A stretch of DNA of 64,000 nucleotides, taken from Gemmatimonadales bacterium. Lineage in GTDB: Bacteria > Gemmatimonadota > Gemmatimonadetes > Gemmatimonadales > GWC2-71-9. A program made the translations under genes and the position numbers. Below are positions 1 through 9,111 of this stretch, one piece after another. Position 1 is the first letter of the stretch. Each line of letters opens with the position of its first letter. The notes under the pieces are model-generated. The model searched no databases, was not told the DNA's origin, and worked only from the letters and a program-made list of their open reading frames with translations. The stretch covers positions 21,189 to 85,188 of the forward strand of contig DASQIZ010000116.1 of NCBI GenBank assembly GCA_035631315.1. The letters run 5' to 3'.

Positions 1-1
1 A

Positions 2-418
2 ATGCACCGTGTCGATCGTCATGGTGATCAGCACGGAGTCCCGGCCCTTGAAGTCCTGGCCGTTGGGGTGGCGCTTCACGCTCCCCTTGGGAATCTCGAA
101 CGCCAGGAACGGCGCTCCCACCGTCTGGCCATTCACCGGCGCGTAGCGCACCACCACGTTGGTGGCCCGGTCTCGCGACGCCCAGAACGACACCTGATAG
201 GTGGTGAGGGACGGGACGCTGTCCCCCTGCACCAGGACGCGCGCGAGGTCGATGTCCGCACCCGTGTTCTGCTTGGACTTGGGTTTGGGCGGCGGCGGCT
301 GTTTGTCCGCCTCGAGGGTCGTGGGCGCTCGAGCCGCGGCGGGAGCGGCCACGTCCTGACAGCCGACGACCACTACGAGCGCCATCAGCTGCCAGAATCC
401 CCGCGTGAGCCTGTTCAT
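2..418 (-). CDS. hypothetical lipoprotein, distal end cut by window edge
   Basis: Not in the supplied track because it is open at the window edge. The reverse-strand ATG at 416-418 reads MNRLTRGFWQLMALVVVVGC... (signal peptide plus lipobox Cys). A hand scan found no in-frame stop down to nt 2. Its ATG overlaps the TGA of the upstream gene (ATGA at 415-418). Confidence 0.55.
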   Translation of the reverse strand, partial: MNRLTRGFWQLMALVVVVGCQDVAAPAAARAPTTLEADKQPPPPKPKSKQNTGADIDLARVLVQGDSVPSLTTYQVSFWASRDRATNVVVRYAPVNGQTVGAPFLAFEIPKGSVKRHPNGQDFKGRDSVLITMTIDTVH

Positions 419-2013
419 AGAGTTCCACCTGGATTGGAGGACGAAACAACCGGTCCCCTACCCTCACGGGATAGCTGAGGGAGGGCCCACAGAAAGGCAT
501 CGAATACCGCGGGGGACCACGCCCCGCGCATCTCAGTGACTTCCGCAAAGGCCTGCTCGGGCGTCAAGGCGGCGCGATACGCGCGCCGGCTCGACAGAGC
601 GTCATAGACGTCGACGATGCCGACGACCTGAGCCGACGCCGGGATCTGGTCCCCCGCCAGGCGATCGGGATACCCGGCGCCGTCATACCGTTCGTGGTGC
701 CAGCGGATGATGGGCTTCAGGTCCCACGGGAAATCGACGTCCGCGAGCAGCTCGATCCCCCACACCGGATGAAGCTTGACCAGCTCGAATTCCGGCTGCG
801 TGAGGGAACCCGGTTTGTTCAGGATTTCATGCGGAACGCGAACCTTGCCGACATCGTGGAGGTAGGCGCCGAGGCGGATGACGGTGAGCTCCGTGCCGCC
901 CAGTCCCAGCGCGCGGGCCACGGCCACGGCGTTCTGCGCCACGCGCTCGCAGTGGCCGAAGGTGTAGCTGTCCGCGGACTCGATCGACTGCCCCCACTCC
1001 CGCACGACCGTGGCGTAGGTGTCCTCGAGAGCGACCAGCCTGCGGTCCATGTGCACGAGGTCCCGGCGGGCATCCAGCCGGTCGAACAGCCGGAGGGCCT
1101 CATGCAGTAGCGTCAGCGTGAGCTGATTGCGCCCCATCTCTTGATAGAGGAGTGCCAGCTCCCGCGCGGCCTTTGCCTCGCCGAGCACCGAGCCCGTGCC
1201 GTGCGCCAGCTCCATGGCGGTGCGCAGCCGTGATTCCGCGAGCGCGGGGCGGCCGATCTCGCGGTACACCATGCCGAGGACGCGGTAGGCACTCGACTTC
1301 TCGGCCGAGGCGCCGAGCCTGTCGAACAGGGCGAGCGCGCGCTCGGCGTTCACCCGGGCGTCTTCGAACTGCTGGCAGGCGACCTGCCCCTCGGCGCGAT
1401 TGACGAGGCAGAGTCCCTGCAGTCGGGTGTCCCCAACGCGCCCCGCGATGGCCAGGCTCCAGCCGTAGTAGCGATCCGCGTCCTCGTAACGTTCCCCATC
1501 CGCGCACAACATTCCGAGATTGTGGTAGGCGAGCGCGCATCCGTGCTCGTCACCGACGCCCTCGTATTCCTGCAGCGAGTCGTGGTAGTGCGCGAGCGCG
1601 GCGTCCGCGTCCCCCTGAATCCCCGCGAGGATGCCCAGGTTCTGCTCCACGCGCGCCCGCAATTCGGCCGAGGCGTTCCCCAGTGCGAGCGCCTGCTCGA
1701 AGTGACGGCGCGCGTCGGCCGGCGCGTCGGCCATTTCAATGGCGCCAAGGGTGTTGAGGGCCTGGGCGGCGAGAAGGTCCTGGCCCGCGGCGCTCGCGAT
1801 ATCGTGACTGCGGCGGCACAGCGCGCGGGCTTGCGCAGGTTCGTTCCCCTTGTGCCGGGCCGCACCCAGGCGCCGTAGAGCTTCGGCCAGCACAGTCGGC
1901 TCGGCGCCTTTTTCCGCTGCCTCAATCGCCGCCTCGTACCCGCCGATCGCTGCGTCCCCGTGCCCGGCCTGCTCGTTTGCCACGGCCTGGTACAGCACCT
2001 CGGCGGGCGTCAT
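415..2013 (-). CDS. TPR-repeat protein with C-terminal HD-GYP domain (putative c-di-GMP phosphodiesterase)
   Basis: C-terminus has GHCERV...LHDVGK...HHERYDGAGYP (HD plus GYP signature). The N-terminal ~330 aa are TPR-like repeats (ALNTLG, AYHNLG, AYRVLG). ATG at 2013; the track start at 2037 is a TTG alternative. Confidence 0.85.
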   Translation of the reverse strand: MTPAEVLYQAVANEQAGHGDAAIGGYEAAIEAAEKGAEPTVLAEALRRLGAARHKGNEPAQARALCRRSHDIASAAGQDLLAAQALNTLGAIEMADAPADARRHFEQALALGNASAELRARVEQNLGILAGIQGDADAALAHYHDSLQEYEGVGDEHGCALAYHNLGMLCADGERYEDADRYYGWSLAIAGRVGDTRLQGLCLVNRAEGQVACQQFEDARVNAERALALFDRLGASAEKSSAYRVLGMVYREIGRPALAESRLRTAMELAHGTGSVLGEAKAARELALLYQEMGRNQLTLTLLHEALRLFDRLDARRDLVHMDRRLVALEDTYATVVREWGQSIESADSYTFGHCERVAQNAVAVARALGLGGTELTVIRLGAYLHDVGKVRVPHEILNKPGSLTQPEFELVKLHPVWGIELLADVDFPWDLKPIIRWHHERYDGAGYPDRLAGDQIPASAQVVGIVDVYDALSSRRAYRAALTPEQAFAEVTEMRGAWSPAVFDAFLWALPQLSREGRGPVVSSSNPGGTL

Positions 2014-2026
2014 GCGCCGCGAAGCG

Positions 2027-2563
2027 TCAGTAAGCAACGGCGTAGTCCGAGAAGTGCTGCAGCGGCGCGGTCACCGTCTGAGTCTTCGAGTTCACGCTCG
2101 GCCCCGTCAGGTAGGACAGAATTGCCAGCGACGTCGACATGTAGGCCATGGTCAACTGGCCCGCCGGAGCCTGATCACATCCGGCATACGAGACGGACAG
2201 CTCTGCCGGAATGAGGAATCGCAAGCCTTCCGGATAGAGCTCGACGCGAGCCAGCGTATCCGACGGAGCGAAGGTGGTGATGGTCACGGGCCAGACAAGC
2301 GCCCCGGGAGGCACGCGGAGTACGTTCGCGCCGAACCAGATGGTGCCGCCGAGTGGACCGATCCGCTTGCTGGCATACGCGGCCGGCCGCGGGGCGCAAT
2401 GCAGAAGCGCGACCATGACCTCCGCCTCGCGCGGAACCCAGACGCCGGTTGCAGTGGCGCGGTCCAAACCTGCTCCCGTCCCAGGTGTGAGCACCGGTTC
2501 GGTGCTGTCCACACAACCGAGGACGAGGAGCAGCACCGCGAGAACAGCGGCTCGTATTCTCAT
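2027..2563 (-). CDS. hypothetical lipoprotein
   Basis: Only the distal 178 codons of track ORF 2027..3532 look real. ATG at 2561-2563 gives MRIRAAVLAVLLLVLGC (lipoprotein signal). The rest of that ORF is antisense to the sigma-54 activator. Confidence 0.6.
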   Translation of the reverse strand: MRIRAAVLAVLLLVLGCVDSTEPVLTPGTGAGLDRATATGVWVPREAEVMVALLHCAPRPAAYASKRIGPLGGTIWFGANVLRVPPGALVWPVTITTFAPSDTLARVELYPEGLRFLIPAELSVSYAGCDQAPAGQLTMAYMSTSLAILSYLTGPSVNSKTQTVTAPLQHFSDYAVAY

Positions 2564-2640
2564 GGGCGTTGGCTCCCTGGCGCGGAATTGCAGACGACGT
2601 GAAACGACGCCCGTCCCTAACGCACGAAGCGTTCCATATC

Positions 2641-2657
2641 TCAGGGATTCCCTTAAG
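2641..2657. promoter_or_regulatory. recurrent AGGG-N3-CCCT motif, site 1
   Basis: TCAGGGATTCCCTTAAG. Related sites are at 2795-2810, 18105-18121 and 50194-50207. Confidence 0.4.
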
Positions 2658-2821
2658 ACGTGTAGTGACAACGGCAAGCGATGGAGGACGTGACGAATGA
2701 CCAAAGGAAATGAGGGCCATTTCGATTCGAATTGCGCTGAATCGTACCGCCCAAAAGTGGTGCAAATCGTGGCGACCACGCTACTTGCGTAGCCTAGGGG
2801 ATTCCCTAAGCTCAATGACTC

Positions 2822-4249
2822 GTGGCCACAACTCCTGATCGCCGGAACTTCAGTGACCGCCGCTCGGGCAAGGAGCGGAGAGCCATTCTGCGCCTCGGCG
2901 TGATTCAGTTCTCCGAAGCGTTCCAGTCGTTCTGGGCAGACCTCGGCACCGATCTCGCCCTGGTCGTCGACGCGCTGCCACCGCCAGCCAACTACATCCC
3001 TCGCCGCGATACCGTCGCCGTCATTCTCGCCGCCGGCGGCGCGGAGGAAGCCGCGATCTACTGGCTCGAGAGCCAGCGCGTGCCCCCTACCGTCCCATTG
3101 CTCGTCGCGGGCTCCGATCCGAGCCGCCGGACCGCGATGCGGTTCATCGCCGCCGGCGCCCGGGACTACTTCGCGCTTCCTGACGATCTCGAAATCCTCC
3201 GCGGCGCCATGATGACGGCCGCCGGGGAGGGGCTGGCGCGCTGGCGGACGGGGATGCTGACGGACTTCGATCCCTTCTCCCGGATCGTCGGACGCAGCGA
3301 CGCTCTCAAGGAAACCGTCGACAAGGCCCGCCGCCTCCTGCCCCACCGGAATGCGAGTGCCCTCATCGTCGGCGAAACCGGCACCGGCAAGGAGTTGCTC
3401 GCCCGCGCCATGCACGACGGCGGTCCGAGGCGGGACGCGCCGTTCGTCGCCATCAATTGCTCCGCCCTGCCCGAGCATCTCATTGAATCGGAGTTGTTCG
3501 GCCACGAGCGTGGCGCCTTCACCGACGCCCACGCCGCGAAGCCCGGACTCTTCGAGGTGGCGGACGGCGGGACGCTGTTCCTGGACGAGGTGGCGGACCT
3601 GCCGCTGGCACTGCAGGCGAAGCTCTTGCGGACCCTCGAGGATAAGAAGATCCGCCGCGTCGGCGGTACACGAGAGCTCTCCGTTGACGTGCGGATCTTC
3701 GCGGCGACCACCGAGCGCTTTGCCGAGCGGGTGGAGGAGGGGAGCTTCCGCGAGGATCTCTACTTCCGCATCAGCACCGTGGTCTTGCGGTTGCCGCCAC
3801 TGCGGGAGCGGGGTGACGATCTGGTGATCGTCGCGGAGGCGCTGCTGGAGTCGCTCTCAGGGGAGCATGGGCTGTCCCGACCCGCGCTGACCCCCGAGGT
3901 GATCACGCGGCTCCAGGCGCATGAATGGCCCGGCAACATCCGCGAGCTCAAGAACGCGCTCGAGCGGGCTCTGCTGCTCGCGCCGGCCGGTGAGCTGACA
4001 CCCGAAGAGCTCTTGCCGCCGGTGACCATCCGCCGCACGCACAATGGTCACGGCACCGGCGTCCTTCCCTTCCCCGCGCCGTTGCGCGCGATCGCGCGTG
4101 CCGCGGCGTCCGCCATGGTCGAGCGGTGTGACGGAAACCGCGGGGAGGCGGCGCGCCGCCTCGTCATTTCGACCAGCCGGCTGCGCCGCCTCCTCAACGA
4201 AACCCCGAATGTCGAGTCCGGCGCTAGCGGGGCACCGTCGGCAGAGTGA
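2822..4249 (+). CDS. sigma-54-dependent transcriptional activator (bEBP) with degenerate receiver-like N-terminus
   Basis: AAA+ core has GETGTGKELLARAMH (Walker A), ESELFGHERGAFTDA (GAFTGA-type loop) and FREDLYFRI. C-terminal Fis-type HTH is GNRGEAARRLVISTSRLRRLL. GTG start at 2822. Confidence 0.9.
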   Translation: MATTPDRRNFSDRRSGKERRAILRLGVIQFSEAFQSFWADLGTDLALVVDALPPPANYIPRRDTVAVILAAGGAEEAAIYWLESQRVPPTVPLLVAGSDPSRRTAMRFIAAGARDYFALPDDLEILRGAMMTAAGEGLARWRTGMLTDFDPFSRIVGRSDALKETVDKARRLLPHRNASALIVGETGTGKELLARAMHDGGPRRDAPFVAINCSALPEHLIESELFGHERGAFTDAHAAKPGLFEVADGGTLFLDEVADLPLALQAKLLRTLEDKKIRRVGGTRELSVDVRIFAATTERFAERVEEGSFREDLYFRISTVVLRLPPLRERGDDLVIVAEALLESLSGEHGLSRPALTPEVITRLQAHEWPGNIRELKNALERALLLAPAGELTPEELLPPVTIRRTHNGHGTGVLPFPAPLRAIARAAASAMVERCDGNRGEAARRLVISTSRLRRLLNETPNVESGASGAPSAE

Positions 4250-6308
4250 CGTGGGTCGGGTGCGCCGCATCGTGCAACACCCGCTGATGCGCCACCACAA
4301 AGACTGAGTCGCGCTCGTTGTTCCCGCCCGTATTCAGGTTCCGGTCGTACTTCGGGAACAGCGCCGAGGCGATGCTCACCCGCAAACGGTGCCCGGGCTT
4401 GAATACCATCGACGTGAACCACAGATCGACGTCGTAACGCTGGACCTGGCCCGGGACGAGTGGCACTTCCCTGTCCATCCCCTTCCGGAACCGCGCCCGC
4501 ACCAGGCCGTCCTGCACCCGCTCGGCGTGCCCGTCGGGCCAGACGTCGAGCAGCATCACGGTCCAGTCCGTGTCCTTGCGGTCGCTCACCGCCCAGACCG
4601 TCGCCGTCATTTCGCCCGTCACCTCGATTGCCTTCGTCAGCGCCTTCGAGGTGAACACCAGGGCGTCCTGCCGGGTGGCGTTCAGCCGCGTGTAGTCTTC
4701 GTTGAGCGATTCCTCGAGCTCCCGCGAATCGATCAAGTAGGGTGTCGGATCGCCGGGGTTATAGGTGAAGGTGTCGGCAGCGGCGCCTGTTTTCGGTGGC
4801 AGCGTATCGAGTACGCCGTCTCCCGCACTCGTCCGGGCATTGCCCCCCGACGAGACATACCAATTGGTCATCTTCGCCCGCGCCAGCGGCCACTCGTGCT
4901 CCTGCCGCCACGTGTTGTCACCAATCACGAAGTCATCGAAGGGCGGCAGCGTGTCGACACCGTTGGCCTTGCCCAGCAGGTAGTGATCGAACCAGCGGAT
5001 CTGGAGATCCCGGAACTGGTACCTCGCGTCCGGTCCGAAATCGCCGGCCACGTAGTCGACGCCCTTGTGTGCCCCGACACCCATCACCATGTGCCACACC
5101 GGATGGTGCGGCTGTTTGAGCAGCGCGTCGGTGTAGTAGGTCGGGCCGCGCGAGTCGTCATGCCAGCCGGCCATGGACAGCACGGGCGCGTGTTCGTTGG
5201 CGATGTAGGTGGTGGCCGCGTGCTGCTTCCAGTACGCGTCGAGCGTCGGATGCGCCACCCAGCGGTCCCAGAGCGGCACGTCCCCGCAGCCGAGCCGCTG
5301 CGGCAGGTTCGCGAGCGGCAGGTGGGTGATGGCCTCGCCGATATCCAGCTCCGCGGTGTTCGGATCCATGGTCCGCCCGCGCATCAGGCAGGCCCAGTCC
5401 ACGTTGATCGGACCGAACGCCATCGCGGCGTAGGGAACGACCACCCATCCATCCGGAGAAGCCGCCGTCGGTGAAATGGCCGCGAGGTGCGGTGGGTTCG
5501 AGACGGCGGCGAGCCAGACCAGCTTGCCTTCATCCGAGTGGCCGATCATCCCGACCTTGCCGTTGGCACCCGGGAGCTTCGCGGCCCACTCCACCGCGTC
5601 ATATCCATCCTGGATGTCGGGAGTGTAGTCCCCGAAGTCCGCCACGTCGCCGCTCGATTGGTCGCGGCCGCGCACGTGCTGGGCCACGAAGATGTAGCCG
5701 CGCGATGCCCACCAGCGGCCTGCCGGGTGCAGCACGCGACGGTACGGGGTCCGCTGCAGCACCACGCCGAAGGGTCCTGGTCCCACCGGCCGCGCGATGT
5801 ACGTCGCGAGCTTCGCGCCGTCCCGCGTCGGCATGAACACCAGCGTGTCTTCGCTAACGGCGTACTGCGAATCGGACGCCGGCATCTTCCACACCTGGTA
5901 GTCGTGCTCCACCACGCCCGGCGTGTCGCGGCGCACGAGCCGGAACCGGCGGTCGAGGACCCGGTCCGCGACGAGCTGTATGCCCGTGAGCGTGTCGCCG
6001 TGCCAGGCTGCATGCATCGTCACCCGAGCGTCTTGCGTCAGCAGGACCGAATCGCCTGTCGTTGTCACTTGGGTGACGGTGAGCATCGGCTCCCCGGTGC
6101 GCCGCTTCAGGAAGCCGACGTTCCCCGAGTCGGCTCCGGCGAAGTGGGCGAATCCCATCCGGCGCCACCCCTCGAAGCCGAACTTCGGCTTGGCGCTGAG
6201 CGCGATATAGACATCCCACTCGCCGGCCAGGCTCGGAGTTTGGTGCGGCGCAGGGCCGCTTCCGGGGACGAGGGAAAAGGCGAGCGCGAACGCGAATGCG
6301 AACATCAT
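4224..6308 (-). CDS. CocE/NonD family (S15, X-Pro dipeptidyl-peptidase-like) hydrolase, secreted
   Basis: Signal peptide MMFAFAFALAFSLVPG. Alpha/beta hydrolase core around GMIGHSDEG. C-terminal beta-sandwich ending AHQRVLHDAAHPTHVTLP is typical of CocE/NonD. ATGA overlap with the upstream permease at 6305-6308. Confidence 0.85.
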   Translation of the reverse strand: MMFAFAFALAFSLVPGSGPAPHQTPSLAGEWDVYIALSAKPKFGFEGWRRMGFAHFAGADSGNVGFLKRRTGEPMLTVTQVTTTGDSVLLTQDARVTMHAAWHGDTLTGIQLVADRVLDRRFRLVRRDTPGVVEHDYQVWKMPASDSQYAVSEDTLVFMPTRDGAKLATYIARPVGPGPFGVVLQRTPYRRVLHPAGRWWASRGYIFVAQHVRGRDQSSGDVADFGDYTPDIQDGYDAVEWAAKLPGANGKVGMIGHSDEGKLVWLAAVSNPPHLAAISPTAASPDGWVVVPYAAMAFGPINVDWACLMRGRTMDPNTAELDIGEAITHLPLANLPQRLGCGDVPLWDRWVAHPTLDAYWKQHAATTYIANEHAPVLSMAGWHDDSRGPTYYTDALLKQPHHPVWHMVMGVGAHKGVDYVAGDFGPDARYQFRDLQIRWFDHYLLGKANGVDTLPPFDDFVIGDNTWRQEHEWPLARAKMTNWYVSSGGNARTSAGDGVLDTLPPKTGAAADTFTYNPGDPTPYLIDSRELEESLNEDYTRLNATRQDALVFTSKALTKAIEVTGEMTATVWAVSDRKDTDWTVMLLDVWPDGHAERVQDGLVRARFRKGMDREVPLVPGQVQRYDVDLWFTSMVFKPGHRLRVSIASALFPKYDRNLNTGGNNERDSVFVVAHQRVLHDAAHPTHVTLPTVPR

Positions 6309-7738
6309 GTAGAGCCTCCCAATTCAGTGACGGACTCCTGGCGCCGGCCCGCGGCGACCAGCACGCCGACTCCCACGAGATTCATGACCACGATGACCGC
6401 CACGATCTTGAGCGCAAAGCCGGCCACGCTGCCCACCGTGATGATCGGAAACACCGAAAGAACCACGTACAACAGCGTCATCAACAATCCGGACCACGAC
6501 GCGATCCGCAGCCAGCCCGAGGGTCTGGGCGTTACGCCCCGCAGCCCGAAGAGCGGGATGGCGAACATCACGAGGTAGGTCAGCGCATAGAAAATCCCGC
6601 CGGCATTGAACACCAGCTGAAACGCCTCGGCCTGCCCGACGCCGATCAGGCTCACCAGGGAGATGAGGAAGGCGCACACCGCCACGAGCGTGATGGAGTG
6701 CACCGGCGTCCGATACACCGGATGCAACCGGGTGAATGCCGCGGGAAGCAGCCGATCCCATCCGGCCACCATCGGAAGGCGGGTGACGGCGGTGAAGCTC
6801 ACGCTCACCTGCGCGATCCGCATCGCAAGAGTCATCAGAATCGCCCCGACGACCAGCGGGCCGGCGATGCCGAATGGACTCAGACCCACGCGCAGGACCT
6901 GCGGCATCGGACCAATCAGGTCGATATCCGCCGTTGGTACGTACGCGACCACCGTCGCGGTACCGAGGATGAACATCAATGCGATAATGGGCGCCGCGAT
7001 GAGCACGGACTTCCGCACCGCGCTGGCCGGGGCTCGCGTTTCGCCGGCCAGGATCGCGATGTACTCGAACCCACCGAGCGCGCCGAATCCCAGCTTGCCC
7101 AGGATGTTCAGGTTGTAGAGCGAAGGATCGGGCACGCTGGCACGGAACGGGTGGAACTCCTTCAAATGGCCGGTCGCGAGGCCGAGGAAGGGCAGAAGAA
7201 TCAGCACCGCGAAAATGATGAGCATGAAGACGCCACCGGTGTTGTGCACCCACTTCCCCACCGAGAGGCCGATCGTGGCCGCCACCGCCATCAGCGTCAG
7301 CACGACCGCGGAGGCGAGCGCCACGAACCAGCTGGAGGAGGTCATCCACGCGGCGGACGGGCCGATGGCGTACGACAGATAGGTCGCGCACTGCAGTCCG
7401 ATTTCCGACGTGTAGAGGACTACATACAGCCAGAGGTTCCAGGCCAGGAGAAATCCGACCGTCGGATTGAATCCCAGCTTGGCCCACTGATACAGACCGC
7501 CTTCGAGCGGCATCCGCTGGTTCAGATAGATCACGACGGCGGTCATCGGCAGGTAGAAGAGCACGATGGCGAGGAGCCACAATACCACGTGCGCGGACCC
7601 GAGCTTCCCCGCCACGCCGATCCATGTGAGTCCGATAATGAAAAGGATCTGCGTGAGCGCGAGGTCCCGAACGCCCAGCTCCTTCTTGAGCGAGGCGCTC
7701 TGCGCTTCGACGCGGGCTTCTTCCTGTTGCAGGCTCAT
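6305..7738 (-). CDS. APC-family amino acid permease
   Basis: Start trimmed to ATG at 7736-7738 (MSLQQEEARVE...), followed by about 12 hydrophobic segments. ATGA overlap with the upstream dipeptidase stop at 7735-7738. The first 129 codons of the track ORF are Arg/Gly-rich and lie inside the next gene. Confidence 0.85.
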   Translation of the reverse strand: MSLQQEEARVEAQSASLKKELGVRDLALTQILFIIGLTWIGVAGKLGSAHVVLWLLAIVLFYLPMTAVVIYLNQRMPLEGGLYQWAKLGFNPTVGFLLAWNLWLYVVLYTSEIGLQCATYLSYAIGPSAAWMTSSSWFVALASAVVLTLMAVAATIGLSVGKWVHNTGGVFMLIIFAVLILLPFLGLATGHLKEFHPFRASVPDPSLYNLNILGKLGFGALGGFEYIAILAGETRAPASAVRKSVLIAAPIIALMFILGTATVVAYVPTADIDLIGPMPQVLRVGLSPFGIAGPLVVGAILMTLAMRIAQVSVSFTAVTRLPMVAGWDRLLPAAFTRLHPVYRTPVHSITLVAVCAFLISLVSLIGVGQAEAFQLVFNAGGIFYALTYLVMFAIPLFGLRGVTPRPSGWLRIASWSGLLMTLLYVVLSVFPIITVGSVAGFALKIVAVIVVMNLVGVGVLVAAGRRQESVTELGGST

Positions 7739-9111
7739 GCGCCAAGCCGCTCCCAAAGCCGGGCCCACGCGGCGAGCCCCTGGTGCAACCGCGCCACCCG
7801 GAAGAACTCGTTCGGTGCGTGAAAGTCTTCGTCCCCCGTCGAGAACGAGAAGTAGACCGTGTCGAGTCCCAAGACCCGCTTGAAGGTCTCGGCCACCGGG
7901 AGCGTGCCGCCCATCCGCACGAAGATCGGGCGCACACCGTAAGTCTCCGCCAACGCGGATTCCGCGGCCTTCAACACGGGATGGTCCCGGGGAATCCGCG
8001 CGGGCCGCGCACCATGGCCCCCCGGGTCGATCGTGAGGCGGGCCCCCGCCGGCGTGTGGCGTTCCAGATGCGCGACGACGAGTCGCGCGATCTCGTCCGG
8101 ATCCTGGTCGGGCACCAGACGGCACGTGATCTTGGCATGCGCCTCACGTGGCACCACCGTCTTGGACCCCGGGCCCTGATAGCCACCCCAGAGACCGTTG
8201 ACCTCCAGCGTGGGACGCGTCCACTGACGCTCGAGCGTCGAGTACCCGGACTCACCCACGGCAGCAGCTGCGCCGACCTGCGCGAGGTACCGTCCCTCAT
8301 CAAATGGAAGCGCCGCGATCTCTGCGCGCTCGGCGGTGGAGAGCTCGCAGACTGTATCGTAGAAGTGAGCCACGGCCACGCGCCCGTCCGGACCGTGCAG
8401 CGAAGTGATCAGCTGCGCGATCGCGTGCAACGGGTTTGGAACACTCCCGCCGTGGCGCCCGGAATGCAGGTCCTTCGAAGGCCCCCCAAGGGTCAGCTCG
8501 AGAGACACCAATCCTCGGCTCGACACGTTCAGCGACGGCTCATCGATCCGCCACATCGCGCCGTCCGCCGAGATCACGGCGTCCGCCTTGAGCAGATCGC
8601 GGTGCTCGGTGACGAATGCCTCCAAGTGCTTGCTCCCGACCTCTTCTTCTCCTTCGATCAGGAACTTGAGGTTGAGTGGCAGCCGGTGCCGCTGGGCGAA
8701 AAACGCCTCGGCGACCTTGATCGGAATCAGCATGGGACCTTTGTCGTCGGACACGCCACGCGCATACAGACGGCCGTCTCTGACCGACGGCTCGAAGGGC
8801 GGAGTCTGCCAATCATCGACGGGATCCTCGGGCTGGACATCATAGTGCCCGTAGATGAGCGCGGTCGGAGCGCCGGTGGCACCAAGCCATTCCGCGTACA
8901 CCACGGAGGCGCCGGGCGTCGGCATCGTCCGCACCGTGAACGGCCCCGCGGCTGTCAGCTTCCCGGCGACCCAGGCAGCGGCCGCGCGCATGTCCCCGGC
9001 ATGGCCGGGATTGGTACCGACGCTCGGGATCCGGGCGAAGTCCACCAGCTCGCCCAGGATCCGGTCGTGCCCAGCCTCGAGGCGTGCCAACACCGCGGCG
9101 AGGTCACTCAT
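7735..9111 (-). CDS. M20 family dipeptidase
   Basis: Start trimmed to ATG 9109-9111 (MSDLAAVLARLEAGHDRI...). Motifs GHYDVQP, GVSDDKGP and FLIEGEEEVGS are typical of M20 (PepV/CNDP-like). ATGA overlap with the SDR stop at 9108-9111. Confidence 0.9.
   Translation of the reverse strand: MSDLAAVLARLEAGHDRILGELVDFARIPSVGTNPGHAGDMRAAAAWVAGKLTAAGPFTVRTMPTPGASVVYAEWLGATGAPTALIYGHYDVQPEDPVDDWQTPPFEPSVRDGRLYARGVSDDKGPMLIPIKVAEAFFAQRHRLPLNLKFLIEGEEEVGSKHLEAFVTEHRDLLKADAVISADGAMWRIDEPSLNVSSRGLVSLELTLGGPSKDLHSGRHGGSVPNPLHAIAQLITSLHGPDGRVAVAHFYDTVCELSTAERAEIAALPFDEGRYLAQVGAAAAVGESGYSTLERQWTRPTLEVNGLWGGYQGPGSKTVVPREAHAKITCRLVPDQDPDEIARLVVAHLERHTPAGARLTIDPGGHGARPARIPRDHPVLKAAESALAETYGVRPIFVRMGGTLPVAETFKRVLGLDTVYFSFSTGDEDFHAPNEFFRVARLHQGLAAWARLWERLGA

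Noticed and set aside
2578-2592. Sigma-54 promoter-like sequence TGGCGCGGAATTGCA upstream of the sigma-54 activator gene
   Set aside because: The GG and GC elements are separated by 9 nt rather than the required 10 (TGGCAC-N5-TTGC becomes N4 here). Such spacing is normally non-functional. It would only matter if there is a 1-nt assembly error.
2564-3532. N-terminal 320 codons of track ORF 2027..3532, and likewise the N-terminal extensions of 6305..8125, 7735..9546, 9872..11146, 35543..37354, 26143..27684, 51367..54642 and 54509..56281
   Set aside because: The extensions run antisense through, or overlap, neighbouring real genes. They are compositionally aberrant. In each case an internal ATG gives a signal peptide, a domain start or a 4-nt stop/start overlap, so the genes were trimmed.
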